A stretch of 64,000 nt of DNA from contig NW_027590139.1 in the NCBI RefSeq assembly GCF_964213995.1, forward strand, positions 124,001 through 188,000, read 5' to 3'. Numbering within the stretch: position 1 is the first letter of the stretch; each line of letters opens with the position of its first letter. The stretch is from Mustelus asterias (taxonomy: Eukaryota). A program made the position numbers and the translations under genes. The notes beneath the pieces are model-generated. The model worked only from the letters and a program-made list of their open reading frames with translations, did not search any database and was not told the DNA's origin. Positions 1 through 12,130 of this stretch are shown here, piece by piece.

Positions 1-290
1 AAAACAAACCAAGCCTACCAAACTCGCTTCATAACTTAAATATTCTATCCCACGTAGTATGCTGGTAAACATTTTCTGCACTTCCTCCAGTGCAATCACA
101 TCCTTCCGAGAATGTGGCGGCCAGAACTGCAACGGTACTCTAGCTGTGACCTCACCAAAGTTCTACACAAGTCCAACATGAGTTCCCTGCTTTTGCAACC
201 TACGTCACGATTGACAAAGTCAAGTGTCCTGTATGCCTTTTTCACCACCCTACTAACATACTCTTCCACTTTCAGACATATGTGGACAAA
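1..290 (-). mobile_element. CR1 LINE fragment (ORF2 C-terminal region)
   Basis: ORF 96..329 contains VVKKAYRTLDFVNR...LVRSQLEY, a degenerate CR1 ORF2 motif. Confidence 0.8.
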
Positions 291-1230
291 CACAAAGTTC
301 CATTCGTTCCACATAACACAAACTACCAATCGTGATGGTCACGTTCATAACGTGGTCGAACATGTTGATTATCAGCCTGTAAATCCTTTCAGTATTGCTG
401 ATGGCAGGTGATGGGGACGGAACAGATTCCTGGTCAATAATACTGCGGAAGTCAATGGCAAACCGCTGGAGTGCTTTGAAACCACAAAGTGATCAAATTG
501 AAGTCCATGGCGACCAATGCCCCATTGGGGCATGGTAACTGGGAGAGGAGGAGGTGGATGACACAGGAGGCTTAGAGAGTGGGCTCTACAAATAACTGCA
601 TTCCAATGTCACTAAGCAATCTGGGTAACAAGGTTTGCACAACGTTGCACATCAATAAACAAATCTTCTTAAAAATAACGGTGTCCACTGATCCGTATTT
701 GTTAACCAACAAAACCACAGTCTTCCATTATAAATTAATGTCGGTACTTGAAATTTTGATTAAATTAACCCGTCAGGCCTGCTTCGACAGCACCTTCCGA
801 ATCCGGAATCTCTTTCATCTCTAAGGATAAGAGGAACAGATGCACGGGAACACCACATTCTGTGGCACCACTTCAAGCCACACACCATCCTCATTTTGAA
901 CCATATCGCCGTTCCCTTGCGTCAAAATTCTGGAAATCGTTTTGTGCTTTGGATTACAGGCAGAGGACAACCAATTAGAAAAGTATGGAAGGAGAAATGA
1001 AAGAAGGTGTGTCATTACGAGTGCGAAATACAAAGCCAACTGATGGGGGGAGGACAGAAAGGAAGAGATTCAGAAATGACACAGAATGCACTGTTCTTTC
1101 AATTCATTTATATTTCCCTCGCGTCTGTTTATATAGTTCAATTGTTTGAAAACACGTCTCTCAATAAAAGGCCGCTGGAATCTGCCCATCGACAACCTTG
1201 CACTTGCCGACAGTGTCACGTACTCTGAGT

Positions 1231-1249
1231 CACCGTCAGAGGGCGCAGT
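1231..1249 (+). promoter_or_regulatory. CTCF-like motif
   Basis: caccgtcagagggcgcagt resembles the CCRSYAGRKGGCGC core. Confidence 0.45.
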
Positions 1250-1391
1250 CGTCACATGTTTCTCCAAGCTTGAAATGACGCGGGCAATGTCTTTGGTACC
1301 ATTGGCATACCGTTGCTATTGGCAACAAAACCCACAGTCTCTCTCTCTCCCCCTCTCTCTGGCCCACCTCACGTATCCTGCATTACTGAAT

Positions 1392-1600
1392 GGGCGGTAC
1401 GGTGGCACAGTGTTAGCATTGCTGCCTTACAACGCAAGGAATCCAGATTCAATTCCAGCCTTGGGTGACTGTGCGGAGTTTGCACGTTCTCTCCGTGTCT
1501 GCCTGGGTTTTCTCCAGATGCTACGGTTTCCTCTCACAGTCCAAAGATGTGCAGGTTAGGTGCATTGGTCATGCTAAATTGTCTCTTAGTGTTACGGGGA
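1392..1600 (+). mobile_element. tRNA-derived V-SINE (HE1-like)
   Basis: ggcggtacggtggcacagtgttagcattgctgcc head plus ggagtttgcacgttctc V-domain; many copies in the window. Confidence 0.85.
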
Positions 1601-2253
1601 TATTTCCCGAACTGTAGAGTTATAGACTCGGGGAGAAGGAAGCAGAACCACAACGGACCTCTCCTCATCAATGTATCACTTTTCACTTCGCGTTTCCTTC
1701 CCAATTGAAAGTAAAGAATATGCTATTCTCCTGAACGCTATAACTCAGGCATTGCCATTATTCAAATGAGATGAACTCTTTTTTAAAAATTATTCATTGG
1801 GCGTCGGTGACAGGACAATATTTCTGTCCATCACCAATTACCCTCGAACCAGGCTGGGATATTTGAGAGTTCGTTGTATTGTTGTTGTTCTGTAATCACA
1901 CACAGTCCAGGCCATGCTAGGCTGGCATATTTCCTTCCACAAAGTGCATTAGTGAACTAGGTGAATTTGTAGTGAAATTTGTGGTGCGTTCAGGCACCAT
2001 CGATGCGACTAGCTTTCAATATCAATTAATCACATTTAAATTTAACCTTTACTTTTCTAAATTTAAATTTTGACTACTTTTCTCCAAAATCGAATTGAAA
2101 TATAACGAGTTGATACGGTGGAATTTGAACTAATTTTCCCAAAGCATTACTCTGGGCTCGTGAACTACTTGTCCAGTGACCCCCATGTTGATAATGATTA
2201 AGAAGAAAAAGCGCAAGTTCTTAAAGTTGACACTTCCTAGTACATTATATCAG

Positions 2254-2510
2254 AATGGGACCACAACCACACAGTGCATCGGGTTGTCTCTGAGTGGACC
2301 TTTGAAGAAACGGCAATGTCACAATTAGCTGCACCATGACAATTTCATATCCTAACCCTGCTGATTTCAGACATGGTCAGCTTTCAGGACAGCACCCACA
2401 GTACACGCTTTACATTATCTCAGGAATAATATACAGGCAACTGGACTTCATTGCTTGGTTTCTCTGTACCTTTAGTAAAACAACGAAGATTGCAAGGTAT
2501 CTCACAGCCT
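2254..2510 (+). pseudogene. Highly degenerate TCR V relic
   Basis: After a cag acceptor: HTVHRVVSEWTFEE/(frameshift)NGNVTISCTMTISYPNPADFRHGQLSGQHPQYTLYI...FIAWFLCTFSKTTK. This follows the FR1-Cys/FR2/FR3 pattern; no YYC or RSS remains. Confidence 0.5.
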
Positions 2511-3085
2511 GTCCACCGATAACTGAACATTCGAACATAAAAATTAGGCTGCCTGCAAATTTGCTCTACCATTCAGTCAGATTACAGTTCATCTGATCTT
2601 CCGTTTAAATCCACTTTTCTGCCTTGATCTTCGTGAACCGTGACATTAATTTTAGTTAAAATGTTGGTTTCACTCAGCTTTAAAAATCTTCTGTCCCATG
2701 GCCTCCACCGTTCTCTGGACTCTCACTGAGTCTCAGGCACCAATGCTCGGATGGTAAAGCTAAGAGAATGTGCACAGAACATTGATTGGAAATCCACCAA
2801 ATCCATCAACACTCCTTGCTCCTCCGTTCCAATAACAAAATTAAGGTTTTTTTCTTGACATCCCGTTTCCAAAGCGGAACAATTCGCCCAACAGGGACAC
2901 CGAATGGTTGGGGAGCTTCTATTCACTGACAGTCACCAGAGCAGTTACCAATCTCACGGTGACACTGGCGAGACACGAAACTGACGCGTGAGCATTCTGA
3001 GACACGTCATCAGATTATTAAGGGTGGGGATTAGAATGGGTGTCTTCAAATATCGGATTCCCTCTTTACAGAGCGGACAGAGACA

Positions 3086-3543
3086 ATGCGGGTACTCGGC
3101 ATCTGGATTGTGTGGGGGGCATTTCTAACAGGTATTTCTGGACATCACGTTTGTTTACTCATTTCCAAAACTTGGGTTGAATCTTACTGTTGAGTCACGT
3201 CACTCTATTCTTTATCTATTTGAACATATTTTCCAGGTCTGACCCATGGAGATTCTGTCACTCAGCCGCTGTCCTCAGATGTTAAGAGAGAAGGAGACGT
3301 GGTGACATTAAACTGCAACTATGATACTGCAGAAGCCGACTATTATTTATACTGGTATCGACAGCATCCAGACTCCCAGCCCGACTGCATACTGTGGAAG
3401 GATTCGGGGGATGATGAATATAAAGCAGATTTTGCTAAAATCCGTTTCTCGGCTGACCTCCAAACCTCGAAGAAATCCATCAGTTTGACTATCTCGGGTC
3501 TGCAGTTGTCTGACGCGGCCGTGTATTACTGCGCTTTCAGCCT
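3086..3543 (+). CDS. Intact T-cell receptor alpha/delta-type V gene segment (leader exon 3086-3131, V exon 3237-3543)
   Basis: Leader MRVLGIWIVWGAFLTG with a phase-1 GT-AG intron (3132-3236). V exon LTHG-DSVTQPLSSDVKREGDVVTLNCNY...LYWYRQ...DAAVYYCAFS is open, has the conserved Cys/Trp/Cys and is followed by an RSS. Confidence 0.95.
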
Positions 3544-3582
3544 CACAGTGATGGAAAGCAGTTTGACTCCTGTACAAAAACT
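3544..3582 (+). other. 23-RSS (V(D)J recombination signal)
   Basis: CACAGTG (3544-3550) + 23-nt spacer + ACAAAAACT (3574-3582). Confidence 0.97.
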
Positions 3583-4717
3583 GTCTCAGCAAGGCAAGTG
3601 AGAGCTCCTCTCTACTGTGTAAAACCTCTCGCAGATGCAGCCACAATCAGCAGCGGCACTGTCAGCCGCTCAAACAAACACTGAGAGGAAACCACATGAA
3701 CCTCGGATCAAACTGTCACTCAACTGTCTCCAGGAGAGGCCGAGAAAACAAACTGCAGTATCGTTTTAGGCCAACAGGCCCACCACATAATGAATGTGTC
3801 ACTTAATTCGTCCCTTCTACTACTAATCAGCTCTGTATTCCTCTAAAATTTGATCTCCAAATATCCGTCAAACCTGGCCGTCAAGCGTCACACAAAAAGC
3901 AGACGTACAGTTCGCCACGTTTGAGTGATGTCCTCTGATCCCGAAGTCCCTATTGGTCCTTTCCTGCATTTTCTGTGCCTGCCTATCATATTGAACATCC
4001 ATCGTTCCATCTCCCTTTTCAGTTTCTGGGAGCCTTTGAGGGCGGGGAGTTCATAGCGTTTATTTGATCATTATTGCTACATTCGAGACATTTTGCACAT
4101 CTTGGACACATTTCATAAGGCTGTGACATTGATTTCTCAAACAAGCCTGAAGTACACAGCAGCCAATTTCCACATCTCCCTGACTGTCTCCACCGAGTAC
4201 TAGGGTAGCATTACACTTCATATCATATCCGCCTTATTCATCTGTTTCTCGCTACTCCTTATTTCTGCAAATCAGATTAATATTTCAATCCTGTTAAGGA
4301 AACATTGTGAAATTCACTGGCCATTGGTGTAAATCTGTACAAGGGGCTTGTTTGAATGATCAAAATTAAAACGTTGTGAAATCTGTTCAGTTTTCATAAA
4401 CTGCCTCTGACCCAAATTCTGATCAAATAAAAGCGCAGAACTGACCTCGGGTCAAAGGTTCCAGAAATCTGACAGGGAAGATGGAGAAGGGTTGTTCGGT
4501 GTTACAGACAGGTATGGAAACAGCTTCAAAACACCAAGTGAACTAAACAAATCAAATACATTTATAAAGGCGAGCTTTATTATGAACGTGAGTTAAAATC
4601 AACTAATTAAATTCCGCAAGTGTTCCTCGCTCCTTCTTATGGATGGTTATATTTTGTTTTTTGGGAGGTCCCTATGACTCTCATTAGGTTTAATTATTGC
4701 TCCTATTTATCTGTGTG

Positions 4718-4736
4718 ACAGCGCCATCTGCTAACT
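4718..4736 (-). promoter_or_regulatory. CTCF-like motif
   Basis: Reverse complement reads agttagcagatggcgctgt; it lies just 3' of the inverted V's RSS. Confidence 0.45.
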
Positions 4737-4776
4737 GAAACTCCCATTGTGAGGATTTTTCCCGCTCCATCTCTGC

Positions 4777-5224
4777 AGCTGTGTGTGCTCCATTGCACAG
4801 AAGTACACGGCAGTATCCGACAGAAGAGCCCGGCCGATATTTAAAGGAACTGTTTTGTTTCTCTTCGGTAAATCTGCAGAGAACCTCTCTGGTAAGTTTG
4901 GGAACCTGTCTTCACCCTCTAAGCTATATATATCTCTTCAGCAATATCTCGGAGCTTCCGCGGAATACTGCATCTACCAGAGTAGAGTTGGGGTAGTGTA
5001 GGTTGTCAAGTAACGGCAGTCCAGACCACACTGCCCTTCCCGAATTGCTAATTGGGAATGAGCCTGGAACACTGAATTTTCGCCACTCATTCCTGTCACA
5101 CAAATACAGAATGGCTCAAAAGTCAGGGTTTAAAAATGACCACTGGATGACATGGTTACCATTTAATAATGGACTCGCCAGGCAGCAAGATCATTATTAT
5201 CAGTAAGGAGCTTGGGGAACAGAT
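4777..5224 (-). pseudogene. Inverted TCR V pseudogene (leader 5224-5179, V exon 5092-4784, degenerate RSS)
   Basis: Minus strand: leader (ATC)CSPSSLLIIMILLPG with a GC donor; exon GMSG-ENSVFQAHSQLAIREGQCGLDCRYLTTYTTPTLLW*MQYSAEAPRYC*...ERFSADLPKRNKTVPLNIGRALLSDTAVYFCAMEH, then CACAGCT. Start codon lost, two stops. Confidence 0.9.
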
Positions 5225-5605
5225 GGTTTCCGTATATTGACCTCGATAGAAAGTAACAGAATGATCTAATTCTGCCGATGATTCCAAACTAGTGTGAAGG
5301 GTAGCCCCGATTATAATCTGGTTTAATTTTAGAGAAACTGAGGGGCGTTTCCCAGGGACAGGATTGGCTACTCTGCCAGAACTGATGGATATTCCCCGCC
5401 AATAAATGAGCTGTAAAAATCACGTTTTCTGATTAGTTTTGTGTCTCATGTGACTTTCCTCATAACTCTGTCTTATTGCCTCTGTCTCTCATTTATACCA
5501 ACCGCTCCTTTTTGTAAACCTCCTTAAAATGACAGGAAATTAATTCGAATAATTCAAAGGGTGACGCCTGAGTTTGACAAACTCGACAAGCAAAGTTACC
5601 CGAAA

Positions 5606-5624
5606 TAACCAGCAGGTGGCGCGA
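5606..5624 (+). promoter_or_regulatory. CTCF-like motif
   Basis: taaccagcaggtggcgcga, close to the consensus core. Confidence 0.6.
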
Positions 5625-6129
5625 CCGTCATTGCGGAGTTTTCACATCGCTACCTGACGATCAATGTGCCCTTTCTATTTGTCTCATTTAATGAAACCGT
5701 CATTACTAGAGACCATGAGAATGGCGGTGTAAATAAGAAATATGTAGCTAAAGTTAACGACATACATTTAAGATCACGTGTGTTCTCTGCACTTGGATTG
5801 GTTGGAAATGGATAATGTTCACCACATTTAAGCAGTGATCCTGCCTTGCTGATCAGCCCCACTTCTCGCCATCAGCAATTGCTGAAGCGATTGATTCCGC
5901 TGCTGTCTGTACCCCGTCAAAGATGGTGAAGGCAAAAGTAGCGGAGCAGATCATGGCTGCATTTGGCGTTTCATTGACAGTCATCCAGTGGAGCAGCACC
6001 ACCTTATCCTCACTGCTCACATCCGCGCAGCGAAGTGTGTAAACCACCAAAGAAATTCTGTAAATTCAGAACATTTGCAGATCGTGCGATGGGTCATTCA
6101 CCCCATCGTGCGTGCTTGGCTGTCATTAA

Positions 6130-6450
6130 GTGGTACAGTGGTGTCAAGGTGGTTAGCACTGCTGCCTCATAGTTCCAGGTATCCGGTTTCAGTTCCAGGC
6201 AACGTGGAGTTTGCAGATGTTCCCAGTGTCTGTGTGGGGTGCCCCTTTTCCTCCGACAGTTCAATGATGTGCAGGTTAGATGCATTTAGCATGCTAACTT
6301 GTCAAAAGTTTGTGGGTTAGAATAAATAGCCACGAAAAATCTGTGGTGTTACGGTGATGGAGCAGGGGAGAAGACCAGGAAAATATACTCTGTCGGAGAG
6401 TCGCTGCAGACTCGAAGGTTCTGATGGCCTCCTTTTGCACTGTATGGATT
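6130..6450 (+). mobile_element. V-SINE (degenerate)
   Basis: ggttagcactgctgcctcatag head, V-domain and CR1-like tail. Confidence 0.75.
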
Positions 6451-7199
6451 CGAAGACAATTATTGATCTTTTCATCAACTGCATTCCCTAAACTCCATAT
6501 TCCTTATGCAAACGTAATTGGAGCAGCGCTGGTAAGCTTACTTCCAGCAATCTAGCTCAAACATACGTGAGAGTTTCTTTATTGAATTTTCAGTCATCTA
6601 CCTGAATCACTCAAACATTCTGGTTCACTGCGTACCATTCAGGATACCTGTCACTGAATCAAGCGGTTAGCTGATTTCCGTCAAACACTTACTCATCTCG
6701 AACCTCTTAATGAGGAAGTATGATCTGTATTGCTGAACGTTCCCCTCCAGTTATTTCTCGGATCTGATCTGCTTTCTTCCCGACTACAAGATACAATAGC
6801 AAACCTTCCCTTGTTGGTGTTTTTTCCAACATTTCGGATTATATAAGCATCTAAAACCAATCGTAGAAGCTATTCGGTTACCTCCTTTACCGACTTCTTG
6901 CATAGAATTAATACGAGACAATATATATCTCCATTACTATTGTTGCATAATTTGTCTGCATATTTCTTCCACTATCTTCCTTCCCGGTGCAGAGACATGG
7001 TGAGGGACACAATAAGTTCAGATACAGGGTTGTCGAGGTGAAGACCTATAGAGTGACACGAAGATATACAGAGTCAAAAAGATACTGAGAAAGAAACTCC
7101 TGATATTGAGTTTGGTGTAACGGTTAAAATGCACTCAGTGTAAACGTTTGCATCCCATCTTCTGATTCTGATTCGCACGCTGTCTCTCAAAGGCAATAA

Positions 7200-7392
7200 A
7201 GAAAGACTTCAATTTATATACCGCCGTCCATGACATCAGGACTTCACAAAGAGCTTTACGCCCAAAGAAGTCTTCGAATTTTCATCACTGTCTTAATATA
7301 GGAGACGTGGCAGTTAATCGGCGCGCTTCAAAATCCACAAAGAACAAAGTGATAATCAGGTCATCGATTTTAGTGATATAGATTGGAGGGCT
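7200..7392 (-). mobile_element. Old Deu-type SINE/L2-tail fragment
   Basis: aatttatataccgcc...aaagagctttac is the reverse complement of an L2-type 3' tail. Confidence 0.55.
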
Positions 7393-7944
7393 GATGGAAA
7401 GTGACATCTGTCAGAAAACCTGTCATTCTGTCATCTAAGTTGCCATTTCCGCTCATCGGTCGCACAGATATACATTCAAGTTCTCATTTCAGGTTTTGGC
7501 TCATTTAGTTCCACTGTTGAGGTGGAGGGTGGGTGATGCACTTTTATAGGAAAGTTCAGTAGATCCGCAATGAGTCTCGATTCCCTCATATGCCTGAGTG
7601 TTTTTCCCCCCTATTTCTTTGTTGTGAAGAACGATTTTAAAAAAAGAATCTTCTGGCAAATATGCGCCATTTCCCATAGATCACTTACAATATCACTTGT
7701 GTCAGTCTTCTATTAGAAAAGTTTCAGATGGTGATTCACGATGTTAGTCTGCACCTATAATCCCATTAAATTCTGTTGTACAATGAGTCTGTCAAAAAAC
7801 TATCAGCATTAATTATTTTACGGTTAATATTTGCCGAGGTCAGAGCAAAGATAATATGGTTCTAACATCGAGATTCGGGTAATTTTGAGCAACGAACTGC
7901 AATCATACGGATTTTGCCCACTCGACATGAAAAAGTTTAAGGAA

Positions 7945-8006
7945 TGTTTCGAACCGCGGCCCTTTCGCATGTGAGGCGAACGTGATAACCACTACAATAC
8001 AGAAAC
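7945..8006 (-). pseudogene. tRNA-Val(CAC) pseudogene
   Basis: Minus strand gtttctgtattgtagtggttatcacgttcgcctCACatgcgaaagggccgcggttcgaaaca; the 3' T-stem/acceptor strand is deleted. Confidence 0.9.
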
Positions 8007-9151
8007 AGCTGGCAACAGCTTAAAACAAATCGGCCTGTCTGCAATGTTCAACTGCGCTGTGTTGCTGCAGATTCCAATGGTTCGACTGAGTGCCAATGTC
8101 ACTTAAATCGGAAGACAACCGTTACTTACAACCTGATTGCTCAACTTAACTTTAACGTCAAAGTTTAAAAGCGTTCGTCCATCATTTTTCTAAGGGAGCA
8201 AAGATTTCGGCTCATTCATTAATTTTCATCTTTCTTCGAATAATCTCAACCAATTGTACTCAGTAATAAAAGCAAATTACTGAGGATGCTGGAATCTGAA
8301 ACCAAAAGAGGAAATGCTGGAAAACCTCACAAGCATCTGTGAGGAGAGAAAGGAGCTGACGTTTCGTGTCCAGATGACACTTCATCAACGCTCATTGTAC
8401 AATTGTACTCAGTATTTGTTTCAATATTTAGTATCAACACATTATTTAACACACGTCTTCATGATGAATTGAATATCTCTGAAATTGAATATCACTCAAT
8501 TGCAAACATAACTGACCACCAAATGAATCGAGTCACCGGGTAATACAGATCGCAATTTTGAGAATGACCATAGTCAGCTTTTAAACAAAGTCAATTACAT
8601 TTAAATGGAAGGGATTGAAGAATTATCTCTTAGTTACACTTGAGCCTTTTTTTGTCATGGGCGCGAAACATTCAGACGCATGAATTCCGGCCATCTATGG
8701 GAAAGTCCAGTAGATCCGCACTGAGTCTCGATTTCCTCATCTGTCTCAGTGGCTTTTCCAATTTTTTGCTATGAAGAACGATATAAAAACTCTTCTGGGA
8801 AATGTGCGCCATTTCCTCTGGTTTACTTACAGTATCACTTGTGTCTGTCTTTTTGAGCACACACTACTATTTGTCATGTTCCAGATGGTGATTATGTCAT
8901 TCTGCACTGATAGACCCATTAAATTCGGTTGTAGACTGAAAGACATGCGAATATGTACACGTTGTCAAAGTCGAAAGGTTTCTTTCCTGTCAGTGCGTCA
9001 AGAGATATCAGCATTTCTTATTTTACAGAAAGCATTTGAGGCTCAGGTCAGAGCAAAAATAATTTGGCTGTCACATCAAAGTTCGGATAATGTTGAGCAA
9101 CGAACTGAAATCATGCAGATTTCTTCACCCGACATGAGAAAACTTAATGAA

Positions 9152-9208
9152 CGTTTCCCCCCGGGGACCTTTTGCGTGTGAGGCGAACGTGATAACCACT
9201 ATAGAAAC
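9152..9208 (-). pseudogene. tRNA-Val(CAC) pseudogene
   Basis: Minus strand gtttctatagtggttatcacgttcgcctCACacgcaaaaggtccccggggggaaacg; the T-loop/B-box and 5 nt near the 5' end are deleted. Confidence 0.9.
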
Positions 9209-10682
9209 AGCTGGCAGCAAACTCCAGCAAATCTATCTATCTGCAATGTTAACTGCGCTGTGTTTCTGCAGGTTCCAATGGTTTGACTGAGAGCCCATGT
9301 CACTTGTTTCAGGAAGAAAACCGTTACTTTCAATCTGATTGCTCGCATTATCTTGAACTTCAAAATTTAAAAGCGTTCGTTTGGCAAATATCTACGGGAC
9401 CAATGATTTCTGCTCATTCATTAATGCATCCATTCTCATCGTCCATTGAAAATTCTCAACCGATTGTGCTCATTAATAAAAGCAAATTACTGAGGATGCT
9501 GGAATCAGAAAACAAAAGAGAAAATGCTGGAAAATCTCACGTGGTCTGGCAGCATCTGTGAGGAGAGAAAGGAGCTGACGTTTCAAATCCAGATGGCACT
9601 TTATCAAAGCTCATTGTACAATTGTACTCAGTATTTGTTTCAATATTTAATATCAATGCATTATTTAACACATATGTCTTCATTATGAATTGAATATCTC
9701 TGAAATTGAATATCACTGAATTGCAAACAAAACTGCCCAACAGAAGCAATCGAGTCACCGGATAATAGAGATCGCAATTTTGCGATTGACTATAGTCAGC
9801 GTTTAAACAAAGTCAACAACATTTAAATGGAAGAGGTTGAAAACATATCTGTTAGTTACACTTGGCCTTTTTTATTTTGGGCCTGAAACATTCAGGTGTA
9901 TAAATTCCGGCCATCTACAGGAAAGTCCAGTATTTCCGCGCTGAGTCTCGATTTCCTCATCTGGCTGAGTGATTTTTTCCTATTTCTTTTTTATGACGAA
10001 CGATTTGTAAAAAATATTCTGGGAAATATGCGCCATTTCCTCTCGTCCACTTGCAGTATCACTTGTGTCTGTCTTTTTGAGCACACACTACTATGAGACA
10101 TGCTTCAGGTGGTGATTAACGATGTTAGTCTGCACCTATAAACCCATTCAATTCTGCTGCAGACTGAACGAGATGCGAATATGCGCACGGTGTCAAAATC
10201 GAAACGTTTCTTTCCTTTCAGTGCGTCAAAAAAAATCAGCATTTCTTATTTTACAGAAAACATCGCTCTCACCGGCTCCTGTGAGATCGAGTCTGCAGCA
10301 ATGACACCTGCAGAAATTTAGAAACATCAAGCGTTAAGATGTCATTATCATTTGATTGTAAATAATAGCATTAGGGAACGGATCACATTGTAATTTGCAA
10401 CAAAGCGAAATTAAATTAATGTCGAAGTTGCTTGCAAGAGGAAGATTGTGTAAATTGCTGACTGAGCAAGTAAGAGAGCTGAAACAGTGAGAACTTAATA
10501 CAAACGAGACCCTACATGTTTGCAGCAAGTTTATTGCGGAATTAAACAGAATGGGTGAACCTGTAATTGTTTCTGTGAAGATATTCATATATATCCGGTC
10601 TCTCCAGCGATTGGTTCATTCCTGAAAGAATCAACTGGTGACGTCTCATCAGCTCCACGGCCTCCTGTTCTCCAATTCATCC

Positions 10683-10795
10683 GTCACCTGATGAAGGCGC
10701 AGCGCTCCGAAAGCTCGTGCTACCAATTTTAACCTGGTGTTGTGAGACTACTCATTGTGCCTACCCCAGTCCAACGCAGGCAACTCCACATCATG
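10683..10795 (+). mobile_element. Penelope-like element pseudo-LTR with minimal hammerhead motif
   Basis: cacCTGATGAaggcgcagcgctccGAAAgctcgtg...aacctggtgttgtgagac; the family recurs at 38.6-39.3, 53.5, 54.5-55.0 and 56.8-57.3 kb. Confidence 0.7.
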
Positions 10796-12130
10796 GCCAA
10801 TTCATCCAATCAGCTCACAGACCCTTTGATCTCCAATTCATTACGTCAGAGCAGCTTCAGCGAATCAGTCAAGTTGATTTTTAGAGAGACGAGAATTCGC
10901 TACAATATTGGCCCCTTACACAGCGTGGGAGGTGATGGCCGTGAGGGGAAACAGTTAATGTTGTTGTAACAATGTCGGAAGTTCCAATTCGATAGTTTCA
11001 ATATTTTGCATATCTCTTTTCATATTATATCAAATTGAAAACATACACAACTAAGAACCAATGTCCCAAAATACCTTTTTTTGATTTTGGGATGCCTCGC
11101 ATTTAACATCAGCAGGGTTCTTATCAAACATCACAGCAGCGGGTGGGGGCGGTGGAGGGGGAAGGGGTATGGTTCCATAGATTGATTTTCCAGATTCAAT
11201 ATCATCGAGGAGATTCTGAACAGGCGTTGGAGTGTGGAGACTCGGGGATTTTCACAGTAACTTAATTTCAGTGTGAATGTAAGCCTACTTGTGACTAATA
11301 AATAAACTTTATACTTGCCTCAGAATGTTCCTGGAAACATCTCTTTTCTCAGGAAATCCATCTCCGGCCTCAGAATTTATATTTATCTAAATTAACTGCA
11401 TCTAACACTCGTAGGCAATGAGTTTCTGGTTCTTAGTGCTCGCTGCGGAAAAATGTTCCTTCCAAATCTTCTCTGCGCCCGCCTTGCCAAAAATCTTTAA
11501 ATTTGCCTCTTCCCCCTCAAAACTTATCCTAATTTAGTCCACCTCGATTAAATCACTCCTCAATCTTCTTCGCTCAAATGGAGAATAATCGCAGGGTCAT
11601 AAACCTCGCTAATTTTAACTTTTCTAAACGAAACTTACTTCAAAGAAATTCCTCAATGGAATTTAACTAGAATTTCTCAACTTTTGAAAAAACATTTCGA
11701 TGGAACTTGAGTATTTTGTGAACTTCTTTCTATGAAAGATATTTAAATTAAATTCCTTCGCAGAGTTTTACAAATTTTCATCAACTTATTAGAAACTATT
11801 TTCACCATTTTCAAAAATGTAAGATTTCCACGTTATTTATCTAGAAATTCCCAACTTTTTAAAAGATAGCTTAAAATACTTGTTCCAAATAATTTCACGA
11901 AAATTCGTAATTTAAAGAAAATAATTTAAACATACTCAATGAAAGTTTATCAGTGGAATCTTACTTAAAATGGCCAACTTTCTTTTGAAAATTAATGACC
12001 TAAGATAAATTTCTTCATCGAAGGTGACTGGATTGAGTAAACATTTGTCTGAATTGGTTTAAAGTTACTGAAAATACATTTTTTCATCGAAACTGAAATG
12101 GAGTTTACGAACTATTTTAAAAGTTTACAC

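Larger units (their letters stand above)
7545..10260. repeat. Tandem ~1.15-1.22 kb repeat (2.3 copies) carrying tRNA-Val pseudogenes
   Basis: Marker ggaaagt(t/c)cagta recurs at about 7549, 8700 and 9920. The long co-linear similarity includes a shared Penelope-tail insertion. Confidence 0.92.

Noticed and set aside
1392-1470. SINE heads as tRNA genes
   Set aside because: They continue into the V-domain and LINE tail, so they are tRNA-derived SINEs, not tRNAs.
3086-3582. NAR-TCR supporting V-delta, IgH V or TAILV
   Set aside because: It has its own leader, no CDR1 Cys and a TCR-type DSVTQ/YYCA framework, with no D segments next to the RSS.
5853-6060. Short frames on both strands, one faintly like a Harbinger Myb/SANT domain
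   Set aside because: Conserved Trp residues are absent; cannot be supported without a search.
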